DNA of 64,000 nucleotides from Catajapyx aquilonaris. Its lineage: Eukaryota. This document shows, piece by piece, positions 38,823 through 51,939 of the stretch. The translations under genes were made by a program, and so were the position numbers. The notes under the pieces are model-generated. The model made no database searches. It had not been told where the DNA came from and was given only the letters and a program-made list of their open reading frames with translations. The stretch's first letter is position 1. Each line of letters opens with the position of its first letter. The stretch covers positions 1 through 64,000 of the forward strand of contig KZ538284.1 of the NCBI GenBank assembly GCA_000934665.2, written 5' to 3'.

Positions 38823-40423
38823 TTATCTGCAGAAGAAAGGGATGGATATGGGTGCCCGATCTCGCTTGCGAGCTTCCAGATCTGAGAAAAAATTGCGGAT
38901 GTCCTCTTCCCGAACCACCTTGCGCTCATCAGCAAATGATTTCAGGTATGACTTCAGTTGCTCCCGTAGATCATTGTAACCTGATGGAAAAATATACCAT
39001 TTTATCACTATGAAATATATTGTTGGAAGGCTCACTTTCAAAGCCCGCATCTACAGTAGATCCAAATGATGTGAAAGAGATTCAAAACATGCACTCGGTA
39101 GGCAAGAAACATGTGATACACCAAAGACTTTTAACCCACCATGTATGGCCTCGACTTGCTGCACCCGGTCGAGGTTAGAGAGTGCCTGCATTCCCCTCTC
39201 ATAGTGCGACCCTCCTTGTGCAGCAGGCCTCTCCTTCCCGCTGGCTTCGTATGCCTGAACCGTATCCCCCTCATCAGTCAGGAATTTCACTCCTTTCTCC
39301 TCGTACATGGCCACACATGACTTGCACCCACAGAGTCTACGTCGCCATCCCTGAGGCCAGAATGTGGCTCCCTTCTTCTCCTCCACATCTTTCTTCAAGA
39401 GACAGCCGTTGCTCTCCGCAGGGCTTGCCTCTGTGATCCCAGAGTAGCCCCACAGGAAGGGATAGCGAAGCATGCAATCAGCACACACCATTTCTTCATA
39501 GTCATCCTCCGGGGGGACACGGCAGCCCAGATGACGCCCATGATACCAATCCTCACACACTATGCATTGGAGCATCTCGTCCGGGGTGTCGTCCTCGGGG
39601 TCCGGATAAGGACGGGCACAGGTGCAGTACACACCACGAAAGTTCTGGTTGTATGAGTTCTTTTCATTCTCTGCTGCCTTGTTCTAGGAAACAATGCGAA
39701 CAATAATCCAACTATTCGTTCATTGTTATGAGGCTACCATTAGTATAAAGGCGCATTGATCACTTTCTTAACGGAAGTAGGAACAGTAGGCGCTAGAAAG
39801 CACGCAAGCAGCTGCAGGGAGCATTCTGACTGGCTGACCGTTCCTACTTACATTAGGAAAGTGATCGTGTAACAGTCGTAAAAAGCATGACAAAGAACCG
39901 ACTCATCTCTCGCCTCTTTGCTCCGGATGGCAATACTTACAGGCTCAAGGTTGCACTTGGCTCCATTTGGGAACCTGGAATTTCCACAATCACATCGGAA
40001 GCTCCTCTTGGTGTAGAGCTCCACAAGCTTGTGTCCCTCATGGCAATGGTAACTGCAGGCCAGGCAAATCCCAGCCGGGCTCTGCCCAGGCGACGGAGGC
40101 ATGCAGGTGGTGCACGCATACAGAGCCTGCCTGGGAAGGTATCCCTGGTTGTACGTACAGTTCTGGTCATCCGATCCACCCAGTACAGCCTCCGCATCAG
40201 CCTCCAAACTCTGCTCCTCTTCCAGTACATCCAACATTGTCACAGTCCCTTCTTCCACATCCTCCATGTCTGCCGGTACAACAAATGTTAGCGCTGAGCG
40301 ATACAAAACCGGAGTCAACTCACTATCCGGCGGCTCCTTGTCCTGAGTTGGCCCGGTGTCCCTTCCCTTCTTGGCTGGCTCTCCCTCACCATCAGGTCCA
40401 CCTGGTCGCTTGTTGCTGTTCAT
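38823..40423 (-). CDS. UBR7: Putative E3 ligase UBR7 (UBR-box zinc finger plus PHD)
   Basis: Approx. exons 40423-40324, 40269-39941, 39683-39140, 38980-38823; motifs AVLGGSDDQNCTY, GICLACSYHCHEGHKLVELYTKRSFRCDCGN, YCTCARPYPDPED, MLQCIVCEDWYH, VVREEDIRNFF; start codon less certain. Confidence 0.93.
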
Positions 40424-40880
40424 CCCTGGAAGTCCTCCTCCTTAGGGAACCCCCAAGCCAGTTGGCAACAAAGGCAAAGGGATGCGTTGTGGCGGCAGGC
40501 TGCTCCCTTTCACCTTCCCAGGCACCAGCGCCCTCTTTTCATCCCCAACGGATCCCTTTTTGTGTATATGCAACGGCCGTTGGGAAAAAAAGACCTTTTG
40601 TCACTGATTAAAAAAAACAGGTGTTGGGAATTAATAGGGACATCTCAGGGACATTATTGGGACGTCCAGATGGCGGGAGGGTTTGAATAATGCAAACATG
40701 CCCATCATGATGCCCATATAAGTTATTATTGTCAGTATACTGTCAGTATCCCTAGTGACAGCTGTCAACAGTCTATGTACATTTTAATACACCGATTGGA
40801 GGAGGGTAAAATGGTGGTCTGAGTATTGATCAAGCAGGCTCTCCTGAGGTAAAATTGACAGGTGGGTTTGAAGGTCCAAT

Positions 40881-42265
40881 ATGGAGGAAGAGTTCAATGA
40901 GAGTAGATTGCCCACCACATTGGAGGTGGTGACTATGGCTACTGTGCTGGAGGATTGTGTTGCACAGCTGAAAATTCTGTCTCATGTGATCCAAGCGCCG
41001 GTCAGTGCTGATGTCCAGGGGGAGGTCCTGTGCCTTGCAGATTGGTTAGCATTTTTTTTTATTTGGGGGGGGGGGGACACCCTGTAAGTGTGTACTTATA
41101 ATTTATTATTGTGTTAGGTTGGAAGAGGAGAAGGAGAAAAGACGGAGACAAGCTAATGCACCGCCTATAGAGCTGACCAAGACGGTGAAGGAATCAGCGA
41201 CCATTGTGGAGTTGAAGAAGATTCAAACAGACAGGTAGGTTGCTCTGGGTTGTTGGATTGTAACGACTGCACTGTCTGCTATACATGCAGGGCTGTTGTG
41301 GAAGGAGTTCTTCGTGAAACCGTGGCCTGTTTGTGGTCTGATGGTCACTTCGGGCCCCTCCAGGCAGCTGTGGACCGAGAGATCCAGAGGGACGAAGATG
41401 AGATGGTGCTGATTCGTAAGGAGCATATGGCCAGGGAGGAGATGAAGGAACTTCAAAAACATCTTGGCGATCTAAAGACAAGGAGGGAGATGGAGGCGCA
41501 ACAATTCCAGGAGAAGCACGCCAAGACGAAGGTACCATCAACCATATTTGGAGCTGAAACCTTTTTTTCAAAACAGATATCTTGTAGGACAAACTCCTGG
41601 AAGCAAAAATGTTGTGTGCAACAGAGCAGAGATTTGTGTCCCGCTGGCACAAGGCAAACTACACCCATACTCACCTTGAACTTCGCACTGCCGAAGACGA
41701 AATCATCTCGAAGATTGACAAGCTACAAAGGGAAATGGAGGACGAAGGGATCATCCAAAGTGACATGGAGTCTTACATGATGGAGGAACTTGCGGTGAGT
41801 TGATTTTAACAGTTTTTTTTTTGTCAGGTCACTAATGATGGTTATTTTCGCAGACTCTTGAGGATCTTTTGCTTATGTGGTCAGACAAGTACGAAAAAAC
41901 TGTGGATGAAAGAGAAAGAGAGCTGGTTATTTTGAGGCGAGATCAAGAGGCCAATTCTATTCGGTTGAAGAGCTTGGCCAAAAGGGTATGCGCTTGCATT
42001 TTGTTTTTTTGAGAAAGTGACATGTTTTGATATTTGTTCGTCCTGGCAGTGCATAGAGTACGAAGAGGTGATTCAGGAGGATATGGAAGAAAAGGAAGCG
42101 GAGAGGAAGGCACTGGCTGAGAAGAACAGGTTGGAGAGGGCAGCAGGTCGAATTCAAACTTGGTGGCGTATTCTTATGAGGGTCAAAGGACTGGGTCCGT
42201 TCAAGAAGAAGGGGAAAGGAAAGGGAAAGGGAAAAGGAAAAGGAAAAGGGAAGAAGAAGAAGTAA
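40881..42265 (+). CDS. IQCG: Dynein regulatory complex protein 9 / IQ motif containing G
   Basis: Six short exons in frame (40881-41044, 41118-41233, 41291-41531, 41588-41794, 41854-41985, 42049-42265); N-term ATVLEDCVAQLKIL, KKIQTDR, long coiled coil, IQ motif AAGRIQTWWRILMRVKGLG, basic KGKGKG...KKKK tail. Confidence 0.85.
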
Positions 42266-42741
42266 TACATTAATCTGGAATTTGATTGCAACGCACAGCG
42301 TTTATTTGATGATTGTTTACGCCTGAGATGTAGTGTTTATATATGCCTAATAGCAGGAAATAAAGAAATTTACTTGTCCGAATGATTTTATATGAATTAA
42401 TGAATGCCAATACAGTATTCTTGTCGCCTATAGTAGACTACTTTACAAAACTGTGGTCCTGAATGTATGAAAGGTATTGATTTTTCCATCCTAAAGTGGA
42501 ACAAGCAATTTCTACCAAAAATAATTCCATTTTTACACACAATGGAATTAATTTTTTAATGCTTCTGAATGTGTGTCGCGGCAGTGGTCACGTGTCTTGT
42601 AATCAGCTCTTTGTATACACACACATACATTCAACTCCTTTCGTTACACAATCCTGTTAGCTGATAAAATGGGCAAGGGTCATCAGAAGGGTTACGTACT
42701 GTACCAGTTTAGATCCAACCCAGCAACGGTCCATATACAAT

Positions 42742-43379
42742 ATGGCAAGCAACTCCACTGTGGTAAGAAACCCATTTTGAATAAGACATTAAGACAGTCG
42801 AGGCCCCCAAAAAATCAGAAAAATCATGTGATGATTTAGGTCATCAGCAATGTTCAGAGCTATTAACAATGATTCAAAAATATTTTGCCATGTGACGCGG
42901 ACAGTGCATGCCACCTACACCTGATCCCATATATTCTGCAGGTGACTCCCATAAAGAGCTCGTTGTCGGTGTACCCAGTCCGATTTGGACCAGGAACAGA
43001 ACTGAAGAGTGCCCTCTTCTCCTTCGTGAAGGACAATGGTCTGAAGGCCGCCTTCGTCCTGACCTGTTGTGGAAGCTTGACCAAATGCAGGCTGCGATTG
43101 GCCGTCGGAACAGATGGTCACTACGCTGAATGGGAGCTGGAAGAAGCCATGGAGATCCTGGCTCTCTCTGGAACCATCTGGGGTGACCGTGACCACCTAC
43201 ATATAGTGCTGGGTCGACGAGATGGGTCAACCTTAGGAGGTCATGTGTTGGGAGACCTCATTGTGTTCACCACTGCGGAGGTGGTCCTGGGTGAAGCATC
43301 TGATGTGGCCTTTTCACGCACGTTTGACCAAGAAACTGGATTCCCTGAGCTTGTTGTTCAGAAAAGGACTTATCTGTAG
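42742..43379 (+). CDS. PPC domain (DUF296) protein, often auto-annotated as GlmU-like
   Basis: Exons 42742-42762 and 42942-43379; motifs VRFGPGTELK, AFVLTCCGSL, EILALSGT, HLHIVLGRRDGSTLGGHVLG, VFTTAEVVLGE, FSRTFDQETGFPEL. Confidence 0.88.
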
Positions 43380-45373
43380 TTCTGTAGTTACATCAGAAGA
43401 ATTGCTTGTCACTTGTCAGGAGTACCTGCAGGGGGTTTACATGACGGTATAGCAAAGAAATTTATTCAGTGACAGCAAGATGGAACATTTGTTACTGTAA
43501 TACGCTCAATTAATAACATTGCAAATCCTTCATAATTATGCTAAGTGTATAGCTCTTTTGAACCATCCTGTAATAATAGAGCGGTTAATGTCTACCAAGG
43601 TAATTACAGCGTTTTTAACGAAACCATTATAATATTAATGGTAATGAAAGCCTTAAGCGTGAATATCATGGATCATTATTCACAACATTCAGGTACAACA
43701 GTCAGGTACAGAATAAGATGACGGAAAATTCGCGGCCACATATCTTGTGAAGCATCAACATGGATGACAACAATAACAGCAACCTAATCAGGAAAAAAAA
43801 AATCGTTGATTGTCAAATGGGGAGTAGGAAGATAGGAATGATATTCCTCGTAATTAGTTACACTCTCATTCTGGGTGATTCCCAACATTTGAGCCATTTT
43901 GCTGTGCATAAATCGAGAAACATAAGTGCATATAATATTGATGGACAATAATGTAATACACGCACTGTGCAGCAGTGTAATAGAACGTTACTTGGTCGAG
44001 AACCCCATAGGCATATCTGAAAAAATATTTAATAACAGACCATGTGTTAGCAGCAATTCTCAGCCACACCTTCACATATACTCAAGCAAATAGCTTATTT
44101 GTATTCGCTTGTGCTGGTGATCCAGTTTCAGGTCCATTTGCATAGACACATATTATGGAAAATCATATATTTTTTCCCCCAATCTGCCTTTCTGCGAGGC
44201 CTTATTACACATACTTTGGTCTAGTTGTCACGAAAGGGTGCTTGCTAATTTAAAAAAATTTAAATAACATCAAGACTACAATAAACTGCACATCTACTGT
44301 ACACCTCACTGGGACTAGCATAAAATTAAGGGGGTGGCAGGAAAATTGCATTAGCTCCCGGAGTAACTTCATTACACCTTTTATCCTCTCACCCCAACCC
44401 CCTATGGAGGTGGCCTCGGATCAATTTGCACCTGTCTGGCGAGTCGTGTTGGAATAGGCTGAGAACTGCCGCTTTGCAGTAGGTACTACCTGCTTATGAA
44501 TTTTGAACAATAGCATCCTCCCTGGGGAGTAATATGCATGGGAAGTAAAGAGGAACATGGGGAAAGTTAGGCAACAAGTCTCATGTTATAGTCTGAAGTA
44601 GGACAACATGGTATCACATACAAAGCGTTTGAGCATGGAAGTGTAAACACCACAGTGATATGCTTGTGTTAAATGCTGGTACACAGTCGGGGTGTGGTAC
44701 ACACTCTATATTATTAAGAATGAAGCAAAAAAAATAAATTATCTAGCCCTACACATAATGACGGTAATGATGGATGGATTTATTGCCTGTAAATTCAATA
44801 ATTGCATGTCGTAGTCCAATCGTTCAATCTACACGTAATAGTAAACACAATGGGTGAGATTAATGTTATCAGCACATATCAGCAAGTATCCATTATCATG
44901 CCTACTTTAGTTACGACACGGTACCTACTTACACATGAAACGAAATGACAACGTTACTACCAAAAATTTTCAAACAATGAGTTGCATTTATCTCTGCATT
45001 ATCTGGCATAATTGCTTTCGTTTGCAGCAGAATTCTACCGCACGATATGAAAATTCGTTAATTGACAAGATGACGAATATCGGAATTAGGTGCAAACACT
45101 GATAAACTGTTAAAAACGGTCCCATCACCTTCATTTTCTCTAAGCTCTTTGAAATCACATTTAGCACGTTGCATGCAAAAAGGTACATCGCATTGTAGAG
45201 AAAAAAATAGACGACAGAGACATTGCGACAACGTGGAAAAAGGCCCACAGACGAGAAGGACGGACTGATCAGCGGAAGGACGAACCCGTACACCGGTACA
45301 GAAAAGGAGAGTTGTCCGTCCGTGTAACAACATCAGGCGATGGAGAGAGAGGATATAGCCAATCATCACAGGT

Positions 45374-45688
45374 TCAGCGGTAGTTTGGTGACTCTGATTG
45401 CTGTTGAGACATCTGACGTTTGAGTGGGGAGAATCCCGATAGCAATCGGGGGTGAGGGTGTGGACTGTTCATCCCGGGGCTGGCCCCTGGGCCGCCCCCG
45501 CCAGAGTCAAAGGAACTGTTTCCGCCCTCCACAGGCGAATCCGGAGGGCTTGGCTGTTGGGGAGGTCGAGACCTGTTCTTGTGGGCTTGCTGGGCACGCT
45601 CTCGACGCTGCCTCTCCAACTGCTTAGGGGTCAAATGACTCCCATGGTACCCACGGAGGGCCTTCAGGAAGGACAAGGCGCAACCCAT
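45374..45688 (-). CDS. Uncharacterised 104-aa protein with N-terminal MGC lipidation motif (candidate orphan gene)
   Basis: TTTTCAG acceptor at 45697 followed by GCCATGG Kozak; GC-rich ORF embedded in AT-rich flanks; no family recognised. Confidence 0.6.
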   Translation of the reverse strand: MGCALSFLKALRGYHGSHLTPKQLERQRRERAQQAHKNRSRPPQQPSPPDSPVEGGNSSFDSGGGGPGASPGMNSPHPHPRLLSGFSPLKRQMSQQQSESPNYR

Positions 45689-48643
45689 GGCACAACCTGA
45701 AAAGGTTGAGCCCCTTAAACTCTGGCAATTTGCATGACATGAGAGCCTTACAGGTTATATATGACACAGGATGAAGCCAAGTGACCTTCAGCCAAGTGTC
45801 ATAATTACTCGGCGAATAAATCGTGATTATGATCAACAATTTTTCTAGAGATTGCCCGACTTTCTTGGACAGCAGTAATATTCCTCGTAACATGTGGAGA
45901 GCTCCATAAAAGTCAGCTTTACCGCATCGTAATAACCATTTTTTAAAAAGCGGTCAACTTTAATCTCTCTCCAGATTGAAGGATTAAAACAGCGTACAAT
46001 GCGCTGATTATTCCCATGTACAGTACCTATTTGAATTTCATGCCATTTTTTTTTTCTTCGAATGGTACCGTACATGCAAATAATGAGGAAAATAAACAAG
46101 GTGTTGACCGCAAAGTGATGACACACTCGTTCATTAATTCCAGTCAAAATTTGCTCAGAATGGGGATGTGAAATAGAAATGGTCCTCCATCAATATTGAT
46201 TTTCAAAGTTCAGGCCAATCTTGAACGCAACTCAATTAGGCAGAGCGAGGTATATAGCCCGTGAGTAACAAGCCTCATTATTTTTAATGCGCTGCTCTCC
46301 CGCAGTCCATACGTTTCATGTATAGGTCTTATGGTAATGATTCTGACTGATGAGTATAATTATGCTGGGGACATTTTATGCACAGGTGTCATTTGGTTTG
46401 AACACTGTAGTTACTCAGATAATGAGTATTCCCCCCTCCCCCCTAAATATGACACTTTGTAATTTTTGTCACGATCCTCACAATATGGCATCATTGGCTG
46501 AAACAATGGTTTTCGTAAGTCCTTAGTGGTCCTATCACATTATTTTTTTTTACAACCCGTGGTCCTTTTTTTATGGGTCGAATTTCCAAGTTCCAGACTA
46601 TACAAACATAGGTGACGTCAGGTGCGGTTGAGACGAGTCCAAAGTGATCGATTGACCTATCTCATGATGACGTTTGATCCACAGAGTAATAGAGGAATAT
46701 AATACATGCAACATGTTCCACCTGCACCTTTCAGTGAATTCATATATAATTTGCATGTGGAAATGTATGCAAATTACTTCACACTTCCAGCTATGGGATG
46801 TATATTAAGCCAATTAGCTCAACTATTGCCTATATGTCACACCTCCAAAAAAATTAATTTGAATATTAATATTTTTTCCCCCCGTCTTCATGTAAATGCG
46901 AATCCCTGACAGGAAATTCGTTGTTACCCGTGTTAACAACGTAACTGACACATTCCACTTTCCACCTATTAAATCCTACAAAATAACAGGATATTTCGTT
47001 ACCTTTTTTTACCCGGATTCTCGAGGAGAGCAAGGGGGTGGCTCCATATGGCCCAGAGGGGTCTGGATGCATTCACTTCAACGATCCCCCAGCAACAGTG
47101 TGCCAAAAACCCGGAGCATGCGTTCAACGCAGATCCCATCGCCACGCAATTATGCAATTGCTCGCACGTACTTATGATTTTACAGGCGCGATAATTTCGA
47201 TTCTCGCTGGGTACGAGCGAGTACGAACAATTGGGGGAGGGGGGTAATAATTGCGACAATATGTGAATATGTAGGGTACTGTATGTGGAGATCGATAGGT
47301 GGGCACAAAAAAACGAGGAAAAAATAAAATCTTAGTAACCCATTTTTTTATTAGGAGTACTATTGGAAACCATTTCATATCATACCAAGCACCATGTACA
47401 ACATTTATACACACACTCAAAAACAACTATAATAATTACTATGATGTTATTTGCATAACCTTTCCCTATATGAAAAAATAAATATGTTGTATCTTTCTAG
47501 TCCTCCAGCAGCACAACTTACATAACATGTCCGCGTGTGTAAGGCACACTAATATGTCTTAGATCACATTTCAGGCCAGTACAATTATTGCAATCATTGT
47601 TATATTAAAAGTCATAATAACCAGAGAAAGAAGTTGGGAAAATCACAGTAATGTTTTTTTTTTTGTTACCAATATTTACACAACATTGTAAGATGTGGTG
47701 GTACGGAAGAGAGGTATCAAGTACAGGACACTTATCCACATAATAAATACAGTCACCTGCAGCACAGTATAATTCGCATCCCTTTTTAAAAAAATAATCA
47801 GAATAACAATTCTGACATGGGTAATGCAATTATTACTTCACCTGATGTCACAATTAATGTTCAGTGCACTTCTTGGCTTCTTCTGAAAGGAAAAAAAGTA
47901 GGCTACCACCACTAAAATGCAAGTGTATTAAAACGTCCCCACTGCAGAGTCGCTTGGGTCCACAAAATTTCTCTAGGCTCATCAAGTTTCCACTAAATGC
48001 ACGAGATACAGTAAGTCAAAAATCTTCCATTAGGAGCAATAAAAGTTCTGTAATGGGTAAGTTTCCGTAGTGTACGGGATCCATTCGACAGGTTTCACTG
48101 AAGTATTCATGTTGATTTCAATAAATTGACTGTTTGGTCCCATAAACGAATATCAATGAAGATCGCCCTGGAGTGGTCATTCAATAAAGCAAACAAACAG
48201 ACTGTGATGCAATCATATGTACTCATAAATAATTCATAAATAATAATGGATCTCCCATATCTAACTAACTATTCTCACATTAGTGGCCATGCAAACAGAG
48301 GAATAATAACGAATACTTGATCGTCCTTGCATTGTACTTCTCCAGCCATGAAAAGAGATGTTAAGATTGTTAACTGCAGGAACGTTACAAATCCAATGTA
48401 TGTTGTTAAAAAAAACTAACTAGCGGACGTCTCATGGATAGATCCTCGAATATTCTGCATGAAATATGTTACTCATTGAATGCATCAGATATTTCAAGTC
48501 CATTCTCATTGTATTCCTGTAGGTGGCAATTAAATGGCAAAATCAACACCTACTTATGTTTAGAATGTACAGTATTATCCCAGATCCATGACTTCATCAA
48601 CCGTGATTTGAAAACTATTAATATTAGAAATCCAAAAATTATA

Positions 48644-49067
48644 CAGGGTGTATCTGAACTCAGTGCCCCGACGTATATGACTGCCTTCCTAACCACCAGA
48701 GGATCGATTTAAGTATAGGAGTCATATGTCTGGGCAGCCTCATTACTGAGATACACTCTTTAGCGATTTTTGCCTAATCGCTCCTTCTGACTTTTAAATA
48801 GAATTTTCTGGTGTAACTAGCCAAAGAGGCCTTACCACCTGTGGGCAACAAACTAACAAAGTCCCGCCCCCAGACCTTCCAGAGCCTTCTGACTGGGGGA
48901 GGGTTCGATGGGTGGCCTAACCGACAGGATATTTTGTACTACATGTTTGCGGCCAATTATCTCCGTAATGCGGCGGCCAAACATAATGACTCCTATACTT
49001 AAATCGATCCTCTGGTGGCTAGGAAGGCAGTCATATACGTCGGGGCACTGAGTTCAGATACACCCTG
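48644..49067. mobile_element. Tc1/mariner-type MITE with long (~110 bp) TIRs
   Basis: TA-CAGGGTGTATCTGAACTCAGTGCCCCGACGTATATGACTGCCTTCCTA...TAGGAAGGCAGTCATATACGTCGGGGCACTGAGTTCAGATACACCCTG-TA. Confidence 0.92.
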
Positions 49068-51939
49068 TATATTCGTAAATTTGAAGCAATAAATTTTGTG
49101 TGGGCAACGAATATTGTCAATGATTTTTGTTGATGTTTAGGGGGGGGGGGGCTGGAATGGTTAATGTGTATATGTGTAACAATTACTGTAAATGAAAAGG
49201 AAGAGATCACTTGTTATTTACACTGCCTGAGAAAGTTAGTAACAAAAAATGAAAGCTGGTGCGGAATAGTATGATCTGTGACACTCTTTCATCTTACCCT
49301 CACACTGTGTACTTGAAATTTTGTAGCAATAGAATGACAGAAGTTATGGCACAGTAATGGTAGTAATAGAAAAGTACAGCCATAATGTTATCCTATGAGC
49401 TTCACAAGTTATGTAAAAGCTCAAACTGTGTCATTTGCACAAAATGTTTTCTACATGTTATCAACCAATATATGCTCATTCATGGAATGATTTGCAAATT
49501 GAAAAATCTCCCAACATTATTTGCAACTCACGACACTGTCATATCATATGAAGCTTTCTTGTAAGTGCAGGGCGATTGAACAAAGGCATTTTCAAGATGT
49601 ATAATAAATGCAATAGTTATGTAGCTTCGTTTTTTTTTTTTAATGTGGCATGATTATGCCTGTGAAATTGTAAGGAGTTGGAGATGGTTATGGCAATCTG
49701 TTATTTTTACATTGTAAGATGTTGAAAGTAGCAACGAGTAAAGTACTGCTTTCCCGATGAGAAGAAAACATTTCGAAATTATGTTTGCTGAAAGTGCACC
49801 AGAGACACACTCTGTTTTATAATCCTTCAAGCACATGTAATTGTTGTAGCATGTCTATAGTAATCCCGCTCACAAAAATGAGCTTCGGAATGATGGTTGT
49901 ATTCCTGATAAAATAACAGCATAACAGCATGGAAAAGCAGCAGTGCCTGCCAACCTCAACCTACATTTGTGTAATAGTACCCATCCAAAATTGATTTCTT
50001 TCTCACTTTCACTTATCATACAACTCATACAACAATAAAAAATTAGTAAGTGCAGCAGGACAATTACAGATCCTCATCAGAGCCCACTAGTTGCAATGCA
50101 ATCAGTCTAGTTTATATGACCTTGAACCCCAAATCCTTTTAAGCATGTGCATCAGTGACCAGAACAATTCCCACTCCCTTCATATGGCAAGAAATATAAT
50201 ATATGAACTGCTCACCCACATCCAACCAAGCATTTTAAAATATACTACACTTACCTAATTCAGATATGTAATTCATAATAAAGAAAACTTTAAGTTAGAC
50301 ATTTACTTATTACAGTAAGCCAGGAGGTGTGGATCACCTCTCTTCTGGAATGTCTCAGGAAAAATTGCCTTAGTTGGTTATTGTGATTGCTGCTCCATTG
50401 CAGTGATAATCACATATTAACGTTTGTTTCTTCACCAATGCGTATTATCTCAAATATAAATATGCAAGACGGTGACCATTCCTCTTTTGAGGTCTAATTG
50501 GATTATAATTCCTCACGATTATAAGTAATCAGACTCCATAATGAAGCATTGGAACCTACCATCAATTACTATTCGTGATAGCATCCCTCTGGAATATCCC
50601 AATCATTATGGCACTGGGATGTCATGGTGGTTACGGAAGGAATATCCAGAAAAAGGTATTCCGTATCATCAGCATTGATGTCAAAAGAAACATTAACATG
50701 TGGTTGCAATTTCTACAGGACACTGGAGTAATTTTGCCTTAGAAATCTTAATGAATCCCAAAACCAGGGAGAGACGCATAATTTTCCACCACATTGTACA
50801 CGTCATGTGTACCCAACAGATGTTGCATGTAACTTTCACGGGAACAATCATTAACCTAAACTGAATCCCCCACTACTTTTTACGTCAGAGAGCTTCTACA
50901 GCAACATAGGCCAGCAAAATAAAAAATGTAGATCACATAAAAATGCGAAGCTTAAAAAACAACATGTAGCAAGCTCTCTTGGATAATAAACAGAGCTGAG
51001 TCTTGCAATAGTGAATTTCCCCCCTTCAAAACAGCTTGCAGTTAGGTGATTCACATGTGGGTTGAAGGCAGCCTCTCCATATTTATGAAAATGTTGACTA
51101 ACATTTGTAACACAATGTGTCAGAATGAGGCACATGTAAATATGGAGTAGTGTGAGGTGGCTGGTTCAACAACTTATTTGGACACCCCAAGTTTTTGAAC
51201 AGACCTGGATATTTTATCTTGTACTGAAACACTTTGCCTTGTTATTCAAAATTGCTGGTGTTTTACTCCATCAGTAAACCCTTGCAGCTGCATTGATGAG
51301 TAACGAGATGCTTGAATAAATATCTCTTGCGTAATAGGCAGATGGTAAGTTGTGAAAGCTAAATATATCCTGCTCAACTTTCTGCGACATATTTCATCGC
51401 TCAAGTGGCCTTCAAGTGATCATTCCCTGCTAAATAGCATCTCAGTTACACAGTGCAAATTTTCCATGGGTTTCAGAGTGTGAATTCTTTTAATTCACTG
51501 TAATTATGTGGAAAGCAAAAGATTTGTGACATGAAATTGTCCACTGTTGAAATTTTTATCAGCAGCAGTCTTGATCATACTGAGCCTAGACATGACATCC
51601 CTATTCTCCAACTATAAATAATACAGGAAGACCGTATGAATGGGCACAAATTGCATCACCTGCACAAGGCCTGAATGTGCGGTGACAATTTAAAAATCAT
51701 GTGACATGAAAAAGAGGACGGACACTTATTGCACAAGTGAATTGATGTGATGCCCCAGTCAGAATATCTCGACATTTCCACTTCCTCCGCTGCCTTAGTT
51801 AATAATTTAAAATTATCACATTGTCGCTAAAATTATTCAAACATAACACGCATTTCTCAAAATTGCAAACAAAAATGGTGAATTACTTTCCCTCTGCCTT
51901 TACAACTTGGGGCAATCAATCAATTCACACCATTCAATT

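Noticed and set aside
47300..51900. 4.6-kb stretch without genes
   Set aside because: AT-rich, with only short ORFs lacking coding character and one MITE; consistent with GALNT7 3' UTR plus intergenic DNA
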